A stretch of 64,000 nt of DNA from Anaeromyxobacter sp. (GTDB lineage: Bacteria > Myxococcota > Myxococcia > Myxococcales > Anaeromyxobacteraceae): NCBI GenBank assembly GCA_049840735.1, contig JASGJN010000020.1:96001-160000 (forward strand), in the 5' to 3' direction. Position 1 is the first letter of the stretch, and each line of letters starts with the position of its first letter. The notes under the pieces are model-generated. The model made no database searches, was not told where the DNA came from, and saw only the letters and a program-made list of their open reading frames with translations. The translations under genes and the position numbers were made by a program. Positions 36,115 to 44,721 of this stretch are shown one piece after another.

Positions 36115-38178
36115 TCAGCGCCCCGCCGGCAGCGGCTTCATGGGCGGCCGGGTCACCTTGAACGCAGGCAGCCGCAGCTGCGGCGCCTCCACGAACGGCT
36201 TCACGCCCAGCTCGCGGTAGAGCTCGGCCGGGAAGTAGACGTCGCCCTGCTTCACCGCCATGGCCACGCGCCGGATGGCCGAGATGTCCTGCGTGGGGTC
36301 GCCGTCGACCAGGATGACGTCGGCGGAGTAGCCGGGCGCCACCCGCCCCAGCTCCTGATCCCAGCCCAGCACCTTGGCCGCGCCCAGCGTGGCGTGGTGG
36401 AGGACCCGGGCTGGCGGGATGCCGGCCTTCACCCACAGCTCCAGCTCGCGGTGGAGCGTGAAGCCAGCCAGCCCGTCGGTGCCCGCCACCAGCGTCACGC
36501 CGGCGTCGTCCAGCCGCTTCACCACCTGCAGCATCTTCCCGAACGAGGCCCGGTAGCGCTCGCGGGTGGGCCCATCCGCTTCCATGGCCGCCATCCGCAG
36601 CCCGCGCTGGAAGCTGGCCGGCAGGTGAACGGCGACCATGCCGTAGGAGGCCGAGGGCTCGCCCGGCGCGTGCGTGAACAGGTCCTCGAAGACCGTCACG
36701 GTGGGATCGTGCCCTACCCCGCGCTCCAGCATGAGCCGGACGAAGTCCTGGAAGGCCGGGCCGTCCAGGTCCAGGTCCGCCGCCCGTTCCGCCACGGTGG
36801 TGAAGCGCGCCAGCGTGCGCGAGTCCTCGCCTTCCTTGGAGACGAAGTTGAGCAGCAGCTGGTTGACGTGATGGATCTCCATGTAGCCGGCCAGGATGGC
36901 GTCGCGGGCGCGGGCGAAGGCTGGCACGTGGCCAGACACCCGCAGCCCCAGCTCGCGGGCGTGGGCCGCCAGGGGCGCCATCCACTCCGGCTTGATGGAG
37001 TTGTAGAGCTTGATGCCGCGGTAGCCGAGCCGGGCGTAGCGGTCCTCGGCCGCCAGCGCGTCGTCGAGCGTGGGGACCACCACGCCGCTGAAGCGGGACG
37101 CGAACGGGCTATCGCCCTCGACGAAGCCGGAGCGCCAGATGCGCGGCCCGACCCACTGCCCCGTCCCCGCCTTCTCCTCCAGCTCCAGGATCTCGCGCTC
37201 GGTGTTCCCCAGGTCTCGGATGGTGGTGACCCCACCCGCCAGCTGCAGTGCAGCGTTCCAGGGCCACTCGTGCGCGTGCATGTCGATCAGGGCCGGCAGC
37301 AGCGTCTTCCCCTCCCCATCCACCACCGCCACGTCGTCAGGGACCGGCTTCGCGGCCGGCACCACCGAGGTGATCCGGCCGCGGAACAGGTAGACCGTGG
37401 AAGGCCCGGTGCGCTGGCCGGTGACCGGGTCGAAGACGTTCACGCCGGTGATGGCCAGCGGAGGCTTGACCACGTGCCGGGTGCGGGTGGCCAGGGCGTC
37501 GAGCAGGGAGGCCTGGGCCTGCTTCACCGCAGCCGCGAGGCGCGGCGCCTCGGCGGCGTAGCCCGCGCGGATGGTGCCGAAGGGCGGCTGGGAGTCCCCC
37601 ACGTCGGAGAAGAGCCGCCCATCGGCGTCCAGCCAGAGGAAGACCGGCTGGAAGGTGACGCCCCGGGCCACGTGCAGCGTGACCTGGCGCGGGCCGCCGG
37701 CGCCCTTCACGGTGAGCGTCCGCAGCCGCTCCACCCGGATCTCGCCACCCGGCAGCAGGCGAAGGGCCCCGCCGTGGACCAGCGCCTGCCGGAAGGTGAG
37801 CGCGTCCAGCTCCGGGCTGTTCACGATGGGCAGGTAGGTGGCAGGACCCTGGACCCGCGTCTCGCCCTGATCCGCCAGGGTCTTCCAGCTGGCCTTCCCG
37901 CCGCCGCGCGTGAACCGCTCCTCCACCCGCCCGCCGAAGGTGTTGGTGCCGGTGATCTCGAGCGTGGCCACCTGCCCGTCGGCGCCCAGGGTGTAGCGCT
38001 CGGAGAGCTTCGGTCCGCGGCCGTTCTCGAGGTAGGCGAACTCGACCCGCACCTCGCCCGGCGCGTCGGTCCGGACCAGGCTGCCGGCGGTCTTGCCACC
38101 CGAGAGGAAGTCGTAGCGGGTGACGGAGGGCGCAGCGGCGGCGGTCAGCGCGGCGGCGAGCAGGGCGAGAGCGGGCAT
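36115..38178 (-). CDS. secreted amidohydrolase family protein
   Basis: Signal peptide; LLPALIDMHAH, GVTTIRDLG, GH, AGTD, G.VAPG.SAD. Confidence 0.9.
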   Translation of the reverse strand: MPALALLAAALTAAAAPSVTRYDFLSGGKTAGSLVRTDAPGEVRVEFAYLENGRGPKLSERYTLGADGQVATLEITGTNTFGGRVEERFTRGGGKASWKTLADQGETRVQGPATYLPIVNSPELDALTFRQALVHGGALRLLPGGEIRVERLRTLTVKGAGGPRQVTLHVARGVTFQPVFLWLDADGRLFSDVGDSQPPFGTIRAGYAAEAPRLAAAVKQAQASLLDALATRTRHVVKPPLAITGVNVFDPVTGQRTGPSTVYLFRGRITSVVPAAKPVPDDVAVVDGEGKTLLPALIDMHAHEWPWNAALQLAGGVTTIRDLGNTEREILELEEKAGTGQWVGPRIWRSGFVEGDSPFASRFSGVVVPTLDDALAAEDRYARLGYRGIKLYNSIKPEWMAPLAAHARELGLRVSGHVPAFARARDAILAGYMEIHHVNQLLLNFVSKEGEDSRTLARFTTVAERAADLDLDGPAFQDFVRLMLERGVGHDPTVTVFEDLFTHAPGEPSASYGMVAVHLPASFQRGLRMAAMEADGPTRERYRASFGKMLQVVKRLDDAGVTLVAGTDGLAGFTLHRELELWVKAGIPPARVLHHATLGAAKVLGWDQELGRVAPGYSADVILVDGDPTQDISAIRRVAMAVKQGDVYFPAELYRELGVKPFVEAPQLRLPAFKVTRPPMKPLPAGR

Positions 38179-38263
38179 GGGTGAACGCTCTTTGCCGCCT
38201 GTCCGCGTACCGCGCTTGCCCCGGGCGGGTCAGGAGCCGTTCGCCGACGAGCGCTTCACCAAC

Positions 38264-38294
38264 TCCGTTCGCAGTGAGCCTGTCGAACCGCGAA
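38264..38294 (+). repeat. short variant of the REP-like element (no GTAG hairpin)
   Basis: TCCGTTCGCAGTGAGCCTGTCGAACCGCGAA, nearly identical to the reverse complement of 57482-57512. Confidence 0.75.
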
Positions 38295-38302
38295 TATCGG
38301 GC

Positions 38303-38716
38303 TCACTCGTACGGCAGCACCCGGCAGCCCTGGTAGCAGCCCAGGCAGACGTAGCGCGAGTCCCCGGCCTGCAGCTGCAGCGCCTCCTCCGAGGTGATGC
38401 ATGCCGTCGGCGCCACCGGCGCAGCGGTCGAGGAGCCCGGGATGTAGCAGACCTCGGGCGGCCCCTCGAGCGGACAGGTCACGTCGAAGGTTGGGCACAC
38501 CGAGGCGTCCCAGGTCGTGACCACGTCCCCCGCCACGCAGGCGGAGCCCCCGCCTTCGCTCTTGAGGCACACCTGGCCCGTGTCGCACGGCGCCACCAGC
38601 GAGCAGCCGTCCTCACCGAGCGTGGCGCAGGGGCCGCCGCAGGGGTTGCAGACCCGGGCGCCCGGGGTGGACCTCGAGCCGCAGGCGAGGAGCAGGAGGA
38701 GCGCGGGGAGGAGCAT
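38303..38716 (-). CDS. cysteine-rich lipoprotein
   Basis: LLLLLAC lipobox followed by many Cys residues. Confidence 0.65.
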   Translation of the reverse strand: MLLPALLLLLACGSRSTPGARVCNPCGGPCATLGEDGCSLVAPCDTGQVCLKSEGGGSACVAGDVVTTWDASVCPTFDVTCPLEGPPEVCYIPGSSTAAPVAPTACITSEEALQLQAGDSRYVCLGCYQGCRVLPYE

Positions 38717-38792
38717 GCGGCAGGCGGTCGAGGGCATCACCAGCGAACCTTGGCGTGGAGCGGGTCCGTTGTCGAGCGTCCTACTTGCGCCT

Positions 38793-39722
38793 TCAATCGA
38801 TGGCCTCGCGGCACCACCGGGCCAGGCGGCTCCCGAGCCCGGGGCGATCCGCAGCATCTGCCTGCTGCGGCTGTTGGGCGCCGCCGGACCTCTCGCGGTG
38901 CGCGAGCAGGTGCTCCGCGCGCAGCCACACGCGGCTCCCGCAGGCGATCGGCCCGGGGACGAACGGCACGTTGTCGAGCGCTCCGCTCAGCCAGCCGTCC
39001 GGCTGGACGGTGTCGAGGTCGACCCACATGAACTCGACGCGCTGTTCCACCTCGCCGTGCGGGTCCGCCGCCAGGAAGACGAACGGCGCCTTCACCTCAT
39101 CGCCCGGACGCGGCGGTCCGGCGAGCACGTGAAGGTCCTTGCCGACCTGCCTCGGCTCGGCCACCAGCCAGCCCTCGCGCTCGAGCGTGGGCGAGAGCGG
39201 CTCGGGGCCCTTCGGCTCCTGGACCGAGCTGGTCTGGCGCTCCACCTTCAAGGCCCAGGCGTGCACCTCGTCCAGCGTCAGCCCGGTGACCTGCTGCTGG
39301 GCGAGCGGGTGCCCGTCGTCGAGCAGCATCAGACGCGGGCGCTGGGTGCCGCGGCCGAGGTGCACGTGGACCGGCACCCCCAGGATGGAAGGCAGGAGGT
39401 TGGTCTGGTTCGCGATGGTCCCCTGGAAGCCAGGATGGTCGGGAGGCGGGTCCACGGAGAAGAAGCGCTCGTACTCCTCGAAGTGCTCCCTCGCGACCTT
39501 CACCCAGAAGCCCCAGCTGTAAGGGAAGTCGCGCCCGTGGACGGGGATGGGCGCGACCGTGCGGATGAAGAACGCCTCGCCGTCGATGGAGACGAAGTCA
39601 TCCGTCGCCCGGACGCGCGTGTCTCTCTCCTCCTCGGGCACCGCGAAGACGGCGTCGGGCCGCCCGAAGGCCGGCTCCAGCTCCTCGTGCTCCTTCCCGC
39701 AGTGTGCGCAGCGACCGCCCAT
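38793..39722 (-). CDS. DUF2199-like domain protein with C-terminal DUF2314-like domain
   Basis: CAHCGKEH, FFIR...IPV, WGFWV, RP....HPLAQQQ..G; then VK..F, EFMWV, G.LDN.P. Confidence 0.7.
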   Translation of the reverse strand: MGGRCAHCGKEHEELEPAFGRPDAVFAVPEEERDTRVRATDDFVSIDGEAFFIRTVAPIPVHGRDFPYSWGFWVKVAREHFEEYERFFSVDPPPDHPGFQGTIANQTNLLPSILGVPVHVHLGRGTQRPRLMLLDDGHPLAQQQVTGLTLDEVHAWALKVERQTSSVQEPKGPEPLSPTLEREGWLVAEPRQVGKDLHVLAGPPRPGDEVKAPFVFLAADPHGEVEQRVEFMWVDLDTVQPDGWLSGALDNVPFVPGPIACGSRVWLRAEHLLAHRERSGGAQQPQQADAADRPGLGSRLARWCREAID

Positions 39723-39773
39723 GGCCGGCCCCCTGTTGTTCCGATGGTACCGAAGCCTGACCGTGGCCGCGGG

Positions 39774-40223
39774 CTAGAAGCCGAAGCCGGGATGGACCAT
39801 CTCCCGGTGGCGGCGAACGGCCCATCTCCCGCCGGCCAAGCCATCGAGAAGGCGCGCACCGCCACGCGTGTAGTGCAGTTCGGTCCCATCCGGCGCCCCC
39901 AGCGCCGGCAGCAGCTCACGCAGGAGTGCGAGCGCCGGATCCAGCTCGGTGACGTCCACGTCGATCCCACAGAATTCGACGGCGCGGGTCCCGTCCGGAC
40001 GCTCGTCGCCAAGCGCGGAGCCAGCACCGGTGACCTCGCCGAGGCCTGCCTTCAAGAGCTTCGCCTCGATGGGTTCTTCGTACTTCTCGCCGCGGGCGAG
40101 CGGGCCGATGTGCTCGGGGATCATGACGTAGACGAAACGTTCCGCGGCGGCGTCGACCTGCTGCGTCGGCGGCACGCCGGGGGCCCTGCGGAACAGTGCG
40201 GCGATTCGAGAGAAGAGGCCCAT
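39774..40223 (-). CDS. hypothetical protein
   Basis: P..RGEKYEEP...L...GLGEVTGAG...IDV pattern; TATACT upstream. Confidence 0.7.
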   Translation of the reverse strand: MGLFSRIAALFRRAPGVPPTQQVDAAAERFVYVMIPEHIGPLARGEKYEEPIEAKLLKAGLGEVTGAGSALGDERPDGTRAVEFCGIDVDVTELDPALALLRELLPALGAPDGTELHYTRGGARLLDGLAGGRWAVRRHREMVHPGFGF

Positions 40224-40499
40224 GGGCAAACAGTATACCCGTCCAGCCGCCACGCACTGCCGGCGCGCGCGAGGCCCACCTGTCCCGTGACTGGGGGTGG
40301 ATGGCTTTCCCTTGTAGGCGAGGGCCGTCAGGCTGGTCAGCCGCCCTCGCCTGCCGGACGCGACCAGCTCTGGGCGCGGCGATCGAGGCGGATTCGACGG
40401 CGAGGCGCCAGCGGTCTGGATTGAGTGCCGAGGCGCGCGCGGAGCTCGCTTCAGCCCCGTCCGGGGACGGCAGCATCGGAGCCGCGCCTCCCGCCCCAG

Positions 40500-40539
40500 A
40501 AAAGAAGAAGGCCCGTCGCCTTGGGGGCTTCGGGCCTTC
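40500..40539 (-). terminator. Rho-independent terminator after tRNA-Val
   Basis: GAAGGCCCG/CGGGCCTTC stem followed by TTCTTTT on the minus strand. Confidence 0.8.
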
Positions 40540-40547
40540 GTCTGCTG

Positions 40548-40619
40548 TGGGCGCTGCAGGGTTCGAACCTGCGACCCCTGCCGTGTGAAGGCAGTGCTCT
40601 ACCGCTGAGCTAAGCGCCC
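40548..40619 (-). tRNA. tRNA-Val(CAC), CCA not encoded
   Basis: GGGCGCT/AGCGCCC acceptor stem, CTGCC-TTCACAC-GGCAG anticodon arm, GGTTCGAACC T-arm. Confidence 0.97.
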
Positions 40620-40638
40620 TGGTGCAACGAGGCGGCGG

Positions 40639-40667
40639 AGTATGCCGTCGGTCCCCCCGGGTGTCAA
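40639..40667 (-). promoter_or_regulatory. sigma70 promoter of tRNA-Val
   Basis: TTGACA-17 nt-CATACT on the minus strand. Confidence 0.75.
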
Positions 40668-41005
40668 CGGGTTCTCGACGGGTCCGTTTCGTCGCCGCCA
40701 GGAGCCTCGGAATCCTTCTCCCCCAGCCCGTCCAGCCGCTCGGCCAGCTCGCGGGTCTTGCGCTTGATGCGGGCCAGCTGGCGGGCCAGGTCCTGGTAGT
40801 CCTGCCGCCCGGGGATGCCGGCGGCGTGCATGGCCTTCTCCTGCAGGGCCTCCAGCTGCTGCCTGCCCCGCTGGGCCAGGCCCACGGCGCGGGCCAGGGC
40901 CTCCTGGCCGCGCGGGTCGGCCATCACGCCGGCGGCGGCGCGCGACACGAGCTTGGTGCCGGTCTCGAACAGCGCCTCTGCGAAGCCCCTGCCTCTGCGC
41001 GACAT
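40664..41005 (-). CDS. small coiled-coil protein (phasin/PhaE-like C-terminus)
   Basis: GIPGRQDY..L..QL.RI..K..EL helical motif; GGAGA RBS. Confidence 0.65.
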   Translation of the reverse strand: MSRRGRGFAEALFETGTKLVSRAAAGVMADPRGQEALARAVGLAQRGRQQLEALQEKAMHAAGIPGRQDYQDLARQLARIKRKTRELAERLDGLGEKDSEAPGGDETDPSRTR

Positions 41006-41015
41006 GCTGGTCTCC

Positions 41016-41426
41016 CTAGGGCAGCTCGGTGACGACCACGGCCAGCGCGGCGTCCACCACGTGCCGATACTGCGCCCGGCGGATGAGCGCCTCCAGATCT
41101 CCTTCGACGCGGACCCGCCCGGAGAGCGCCGCCTTGACCGGATCCTCGCCGGCCATGAGCGAGCGCACCACGCGATACTGCGCGCGGATCACGTAGGCGG
41201 GCTCGAGCTCGAGGAGCTCGTCCTCGTCGGCCAGGAGCCGGTACCGCCCGATGCGGCCGCCCTTCTGCTCGGCCCAGGCGGCCACGGTGCGCGGCCAGGC
41301 GGGCGGGTCGGCCTCCACCACCAGCGCGCCGTCCTTGCCCAGCCCGCTGAGCGCGGCGGGCAGGTCGGGGTGGGCGTTGATGGCCGCCACCATGGCGTCG
41401 ATCCACTCGCGAGAGCCGAAGCGCAT
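41016..41426 (-). CDS. SCP2 sterol/lipid-binding domain protein
   Basis: F.S.EW......IN, DPVKAALSGRVRVEGDL. Confidence 0.8.
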   Translation of the reverse strand: MRFGSREWIDAMVAAINAHPDLPAALSGLGKDGALVVEADPPAWPRTVAAWAEQKGGRIGRYRLLADEDELLELEPAYVIRAQYRVVRSLMAGEDPVKAALSGRVRVEGDLEALIRRAQYRHVVDAALAVVVTELP

Positions 41427-41428
41427 CC

Positions 41429-43037
41429 CTACCCTCGCTTCAGCCAGCCGAAGAGGCCGCCCTTCCGCTCCTCGGCGGGCGTCTCGCCTCCCTCCGGCGT
41501 GCGGCGGCGCGCGTCCTCGGCCATGGCCTTCTTGAGGCTCTCCGGCGTGTCGCGCGTGGCCAGCTCGACCTCGGTCATGCCCTTCTCCGGATCGTCGAAC
41601 CGGACCTTGAGCAGGCACTCCTCGTCGAGGCGGAAGTCGATGCGCCGGCCGGTGGCCACGGCGGGCAGCCGGATTCGAGCCCAGGAACTCGTTGTCCACG
41701 ATGTGGTCGGAGTCGCCCTGGTAGATGTCGATCTCGATGGGCTGGCCCGGCTCGCGCGGCGGCGGCAGGCGGAAGCTCTTGGACGAGGGGATGGTGGTGT
41801 TCTTGTCCAGGATGCGCCGGAAGTGGCTCTGCGGCGTGGCGATGCCGATGGGCATCGAGAGCACGTCCACCAGCGTGACCGAGTCGATCTGGTCGAGCGA
41901 GTCGCCCAGCAGCGCCGCGCCCAGGGCCACGCACTCGTCGGGGTGGACGCCCTTGCGCGCCGGCCGGCCAAAGTGCTCGACGATCTTCTGCTGCACCATG
42001 GGCATGCGGCTCTGGCCGCCCACCAGGATGATCTCGTCGATGTCCTTGGGGCGGATGTCGCGGCTGGCCAGCACCTCGTCGCAGATCTGGAAGGTGCGAT
42101 TGATCAGGTCGGCGGTGAGGTCGTTCAGCTGCTGCCGGGAGAGCGGCAGGCGCACGTCCAGCGGCCGGCTCTTCCGCTCCTCGATGAAGGGCAGGTCGAT
42201 GACGACGTTGGGGATGAGCGAGAGGTCGATCTTGGCCGCCTCGGCCCCCTTCTTCACGCGCTGCATGGCGATGGGGGACTGGGCCAGGTCGATCTTGTGC
42301 TGGCGCCAGAAGTCCTCCAGCACCCAGTCGATGATCCGGTTGTCGAAGTCCACGCCCCCCAGGAACGTGTCGCCCCCGGTGGCCAGCACCTCGAAGACGT
42401 TGCCGGAGAGCTGCAGCACCGAGACGTCGAAGGTGCCGCCGCCCAGGTCGTAGACCAGGACCTTCTGGTCCAGCCCGCGCGCGAAGCCGTAGGCCAGCGC
42501 CGCCGCGGTGGGCTCGTTGACGATGCGCTTCACCTCGAAGCCGGCCAGCTTGCCCGCCGCGCGCACCGCCTGCCGCTGGGCGTCGGAGTAGTAGGCCGGG
42601 ACGGAGATGACGGCCGCCTCGATGGGCCGCTCCAGGAACGCCTGGGCGATGTTCTTGATGTGGGCCAGCACCATGGCGCTGACCTGGGGCAGCGTCTTCA
42701 CCTCGCCGCCCAGCATCACGGCCGCGTCGCCGTCCGGCCCCTCGACGATGTCGTACGAGTAGTAGTTGCGGAGCTCCTGGACGACCTTGGAGTTCCACTT
42801 GCGGCCGATGAGCCGCTTGGCGCCGTAGATGGTGTTCTTCGGGTTGACGACCAGCTGGTCCTTGGCGACCGCGCCCACCAGCAGATTGTTGTTCTCCCCC
42901 AGGGCCACGACGGTGGGGAGGATCAGGTTCCCGCGGTCGGTCGGCACGACCTTGGGGATGCGGTTGCGCACGTGCGCCACGCACGCGTTGGTGGTGCCGA
43001 GGTCGATGCCGAGGATGGGGCTTTCCTTGGGCGCCAT
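41429..43037 (-). CDS. Hsp70/DnaK-family paralogue lacking the lid domain (frameshift near 41674)
   Basis: [55 protein letters not shown]. Confidence 0.92.
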
Positions 43038-43112
43038 GTACCCAGATTGTTATCACGGATTGGCCGGGTGGACAGGCAAGCAGGCGATGACCCGCCCCCA
43101 CCCGGTCTTTCC

Positions 43113-43406
43113 TCAGTGCCGCGTCTCCGGATCCGGCTCCAGCACCTCCTCCTCGTCCTGGGTGAGCGACAGGAGGGCGTGGACGGCGCGGACCCCAAGC
43201 ACCCCGGCCGCCATCGCCTCCATGCGGTCGCGGTCCTCGGTCCGGACCACGCTGCCGTGGAGCCAGACCTCGCCGCCCACCACCTCCACCACCACGTCGC
43301 TCGCGTCCAGGCCGGCCCGGACGATCCGCTCGACCAGCTCGTCCAGGATGTGCAGGTCGGGGCGGCGCCAGCCCCTGGGGCCGCGCGCCGTCCCCACGCG
43401 CGCCAC
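43113..43406 (-). CDS. BON domain protein
   Basis: RGPRGWRRPD..I, DASDVVVEV..GEV.L.GSV, GVRAV; AGGAGG RBS. Confidence 0.8.
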   Translation of the reverse strand: MARVGTARGPRGWRRPDLHILDELVERIVRAGLDASDVVVEVVGGEVWLHGSVVRTEDRDRMEAMAAGVLGVRAVHALLSLTQDEEEVLEPDPETRH

Positions 43407-43415
43407 GATGGCCTC

Positions 43416-44621
43416 CTAGTGGCGCCCGGCGCCGGACGGTGAGGACCCGGTGCCTCCCTGCTGCGAGGCGCCCGATCCGGTGGAGGGCGCCTGGCCGGTG
43501 GCGCCGGTGGTCCCGGAGGTGCCCGCGGTGCCAGACGCGCCCTGGTTGGTGCCGGCGGAGCGGTTGCTCGCGCCGATGCGCTCCTCGGCGGCCTCGCGCG
43601 TGGGCGAGGAGCCCCACGACCGCTGCTCGCCGCGGTCCACCCGCAGGTTGTTCTGGACCGAGTCCACGCCGAACACCTCCTCGGCCAGGTCCTCCAGCTC
43701 GCGCTTGTCCTCGCGGCGCCTCACCTGGCCGCTGAGCGTCACCTCGCCCCCGGACACCTTCACCTCGACGCTGTCCGCGTCGATCGCGCTGCGCGCGATC
43801 CGCTCGCAGACGTCGTCGTGGATCCGCTCGTCGGAGCGGCGGTAGCCCTTGGGCCCGCGCCCGTGCCGCTGCTCGCCGCGGCCCATGATCCGGCGCCCCT
43901 CGTCCTTCATCCGGTCCCACCAGCTCTCGCCGCGGTCCCGGTCCCGGTCGCGCCACCCCTCGGCGCCGCCGCTGCCGCCGCGGCTGGACCAGTCGCTGCC
44001 GCTGCGTTGCCCTTCCCCGCCCCAGGCGCTCCGGCCGGAGAGGTCGTAGGCGTGCCCCAGGCCGTAGAAGCCGGCGGTCTCTCCGAAGCCGCCCATGGCG
44101 CCTGGCCCGCCGCCGATGCCCCAGCTGCTGCGCAGCGTGTCCGGGCGGCGCTCCTCGCCCGTCCAGCGGCGCTCGTCCCCCTGCCCGCGCTCGCCGCGGT
44201 ACTCCGCGCCCCAGCGCTCGTCGCCGCGGTAGCCGGCCGGCCGCCAGTCCTCCTGGCGTCCCCAGATCCGATCGCGCTCGCGCTCGTAGTCGCGATCCCG
44301 GTCGCGGTCGCGCCAGCCCTCCTGCTCCCGAGCCGTCTCGCGCCAGCGATCGTCCCGCTCGCCGCGCCCGGCCACATAGCCGCGCCGCTCGCCCGGCCGC
44401 AGGTCCTCCTCGCCGCGCCAGCCCTCCTGACGCCGCCAGCCCTCGCGGCCGCCCTCCCGGCCGCCCTCCAGGCCGCGCCAGCGATCCTCGCCGGCACGCC
44501 ACCGGTCATCCTCGCCCCGCCAGCGCCCCTCGTCCCCGCGCCAGCGGCCCTCGTAGCGCCCGCGCTCCTCGTCGCCCCAGTCCCGACCGCCCCAGCGCCG
44601 CTCCTCGTCCCACCGTGCCAT
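43416..44621 (-). CDS. BON domain protein with long R/G/E/D/W-rich low-complexity N-terminus
   Basis: GRGPKGYRRSDERIHDDVCE, GEVTLSGQV, GVDSVQNNLRV. Confidence 0.85.
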   Translation of the reverse strand: MARWDEERRWGGRDWGDEERGRYEGRWRGDEGRWRGEDDRWRAGEDRWRGLEGGREGGREGWRRQEGWRGEEDLRPGERRGYVAGRGERDDRWRETAREQEGWRDRDRDRDYERERDRIWGRQEDWRPAGYRGDERWGAEYRGERGQGDERRWTGEERRPDTLRSSWGIGGGPGAMGGFGETAGFYGLGHAYDLSGRSAWGGEGQRSGSDWSSRGGSGGAEGWRDRDRDRGESWWDRMKDEGRRIMGRGEQRHGRGPKGYRRSDERIHDDVCERIARSAIDADSVEVKVSGGEVTLSGQVRRREDKRELEDLAEEVFGVDSVQNNLRVDRGEQRSWGSSPTREAAEERIGASNRSAGTNQGASGTAGTSGTTGATGQAPSTGSGASQQGGTGSSPSGAGRH

Positions 44622-44721
44622 GAGAATCCTCCCGCGCGTGCTCCACGCCCTCTGCGTGGGCCTCTCGAACTTGAGGACACGCGGGGGCGCGGGGAAGCGC
44701 GGAGAACGGCGGCGCGGAGCG

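Noticed and set aside
41016..43037. Hsp70-SCP2 fusion (673-aa ORF)
   Set aside because: Produced by the frameshift at 41674; the corrected Hsp70 stops at 41429
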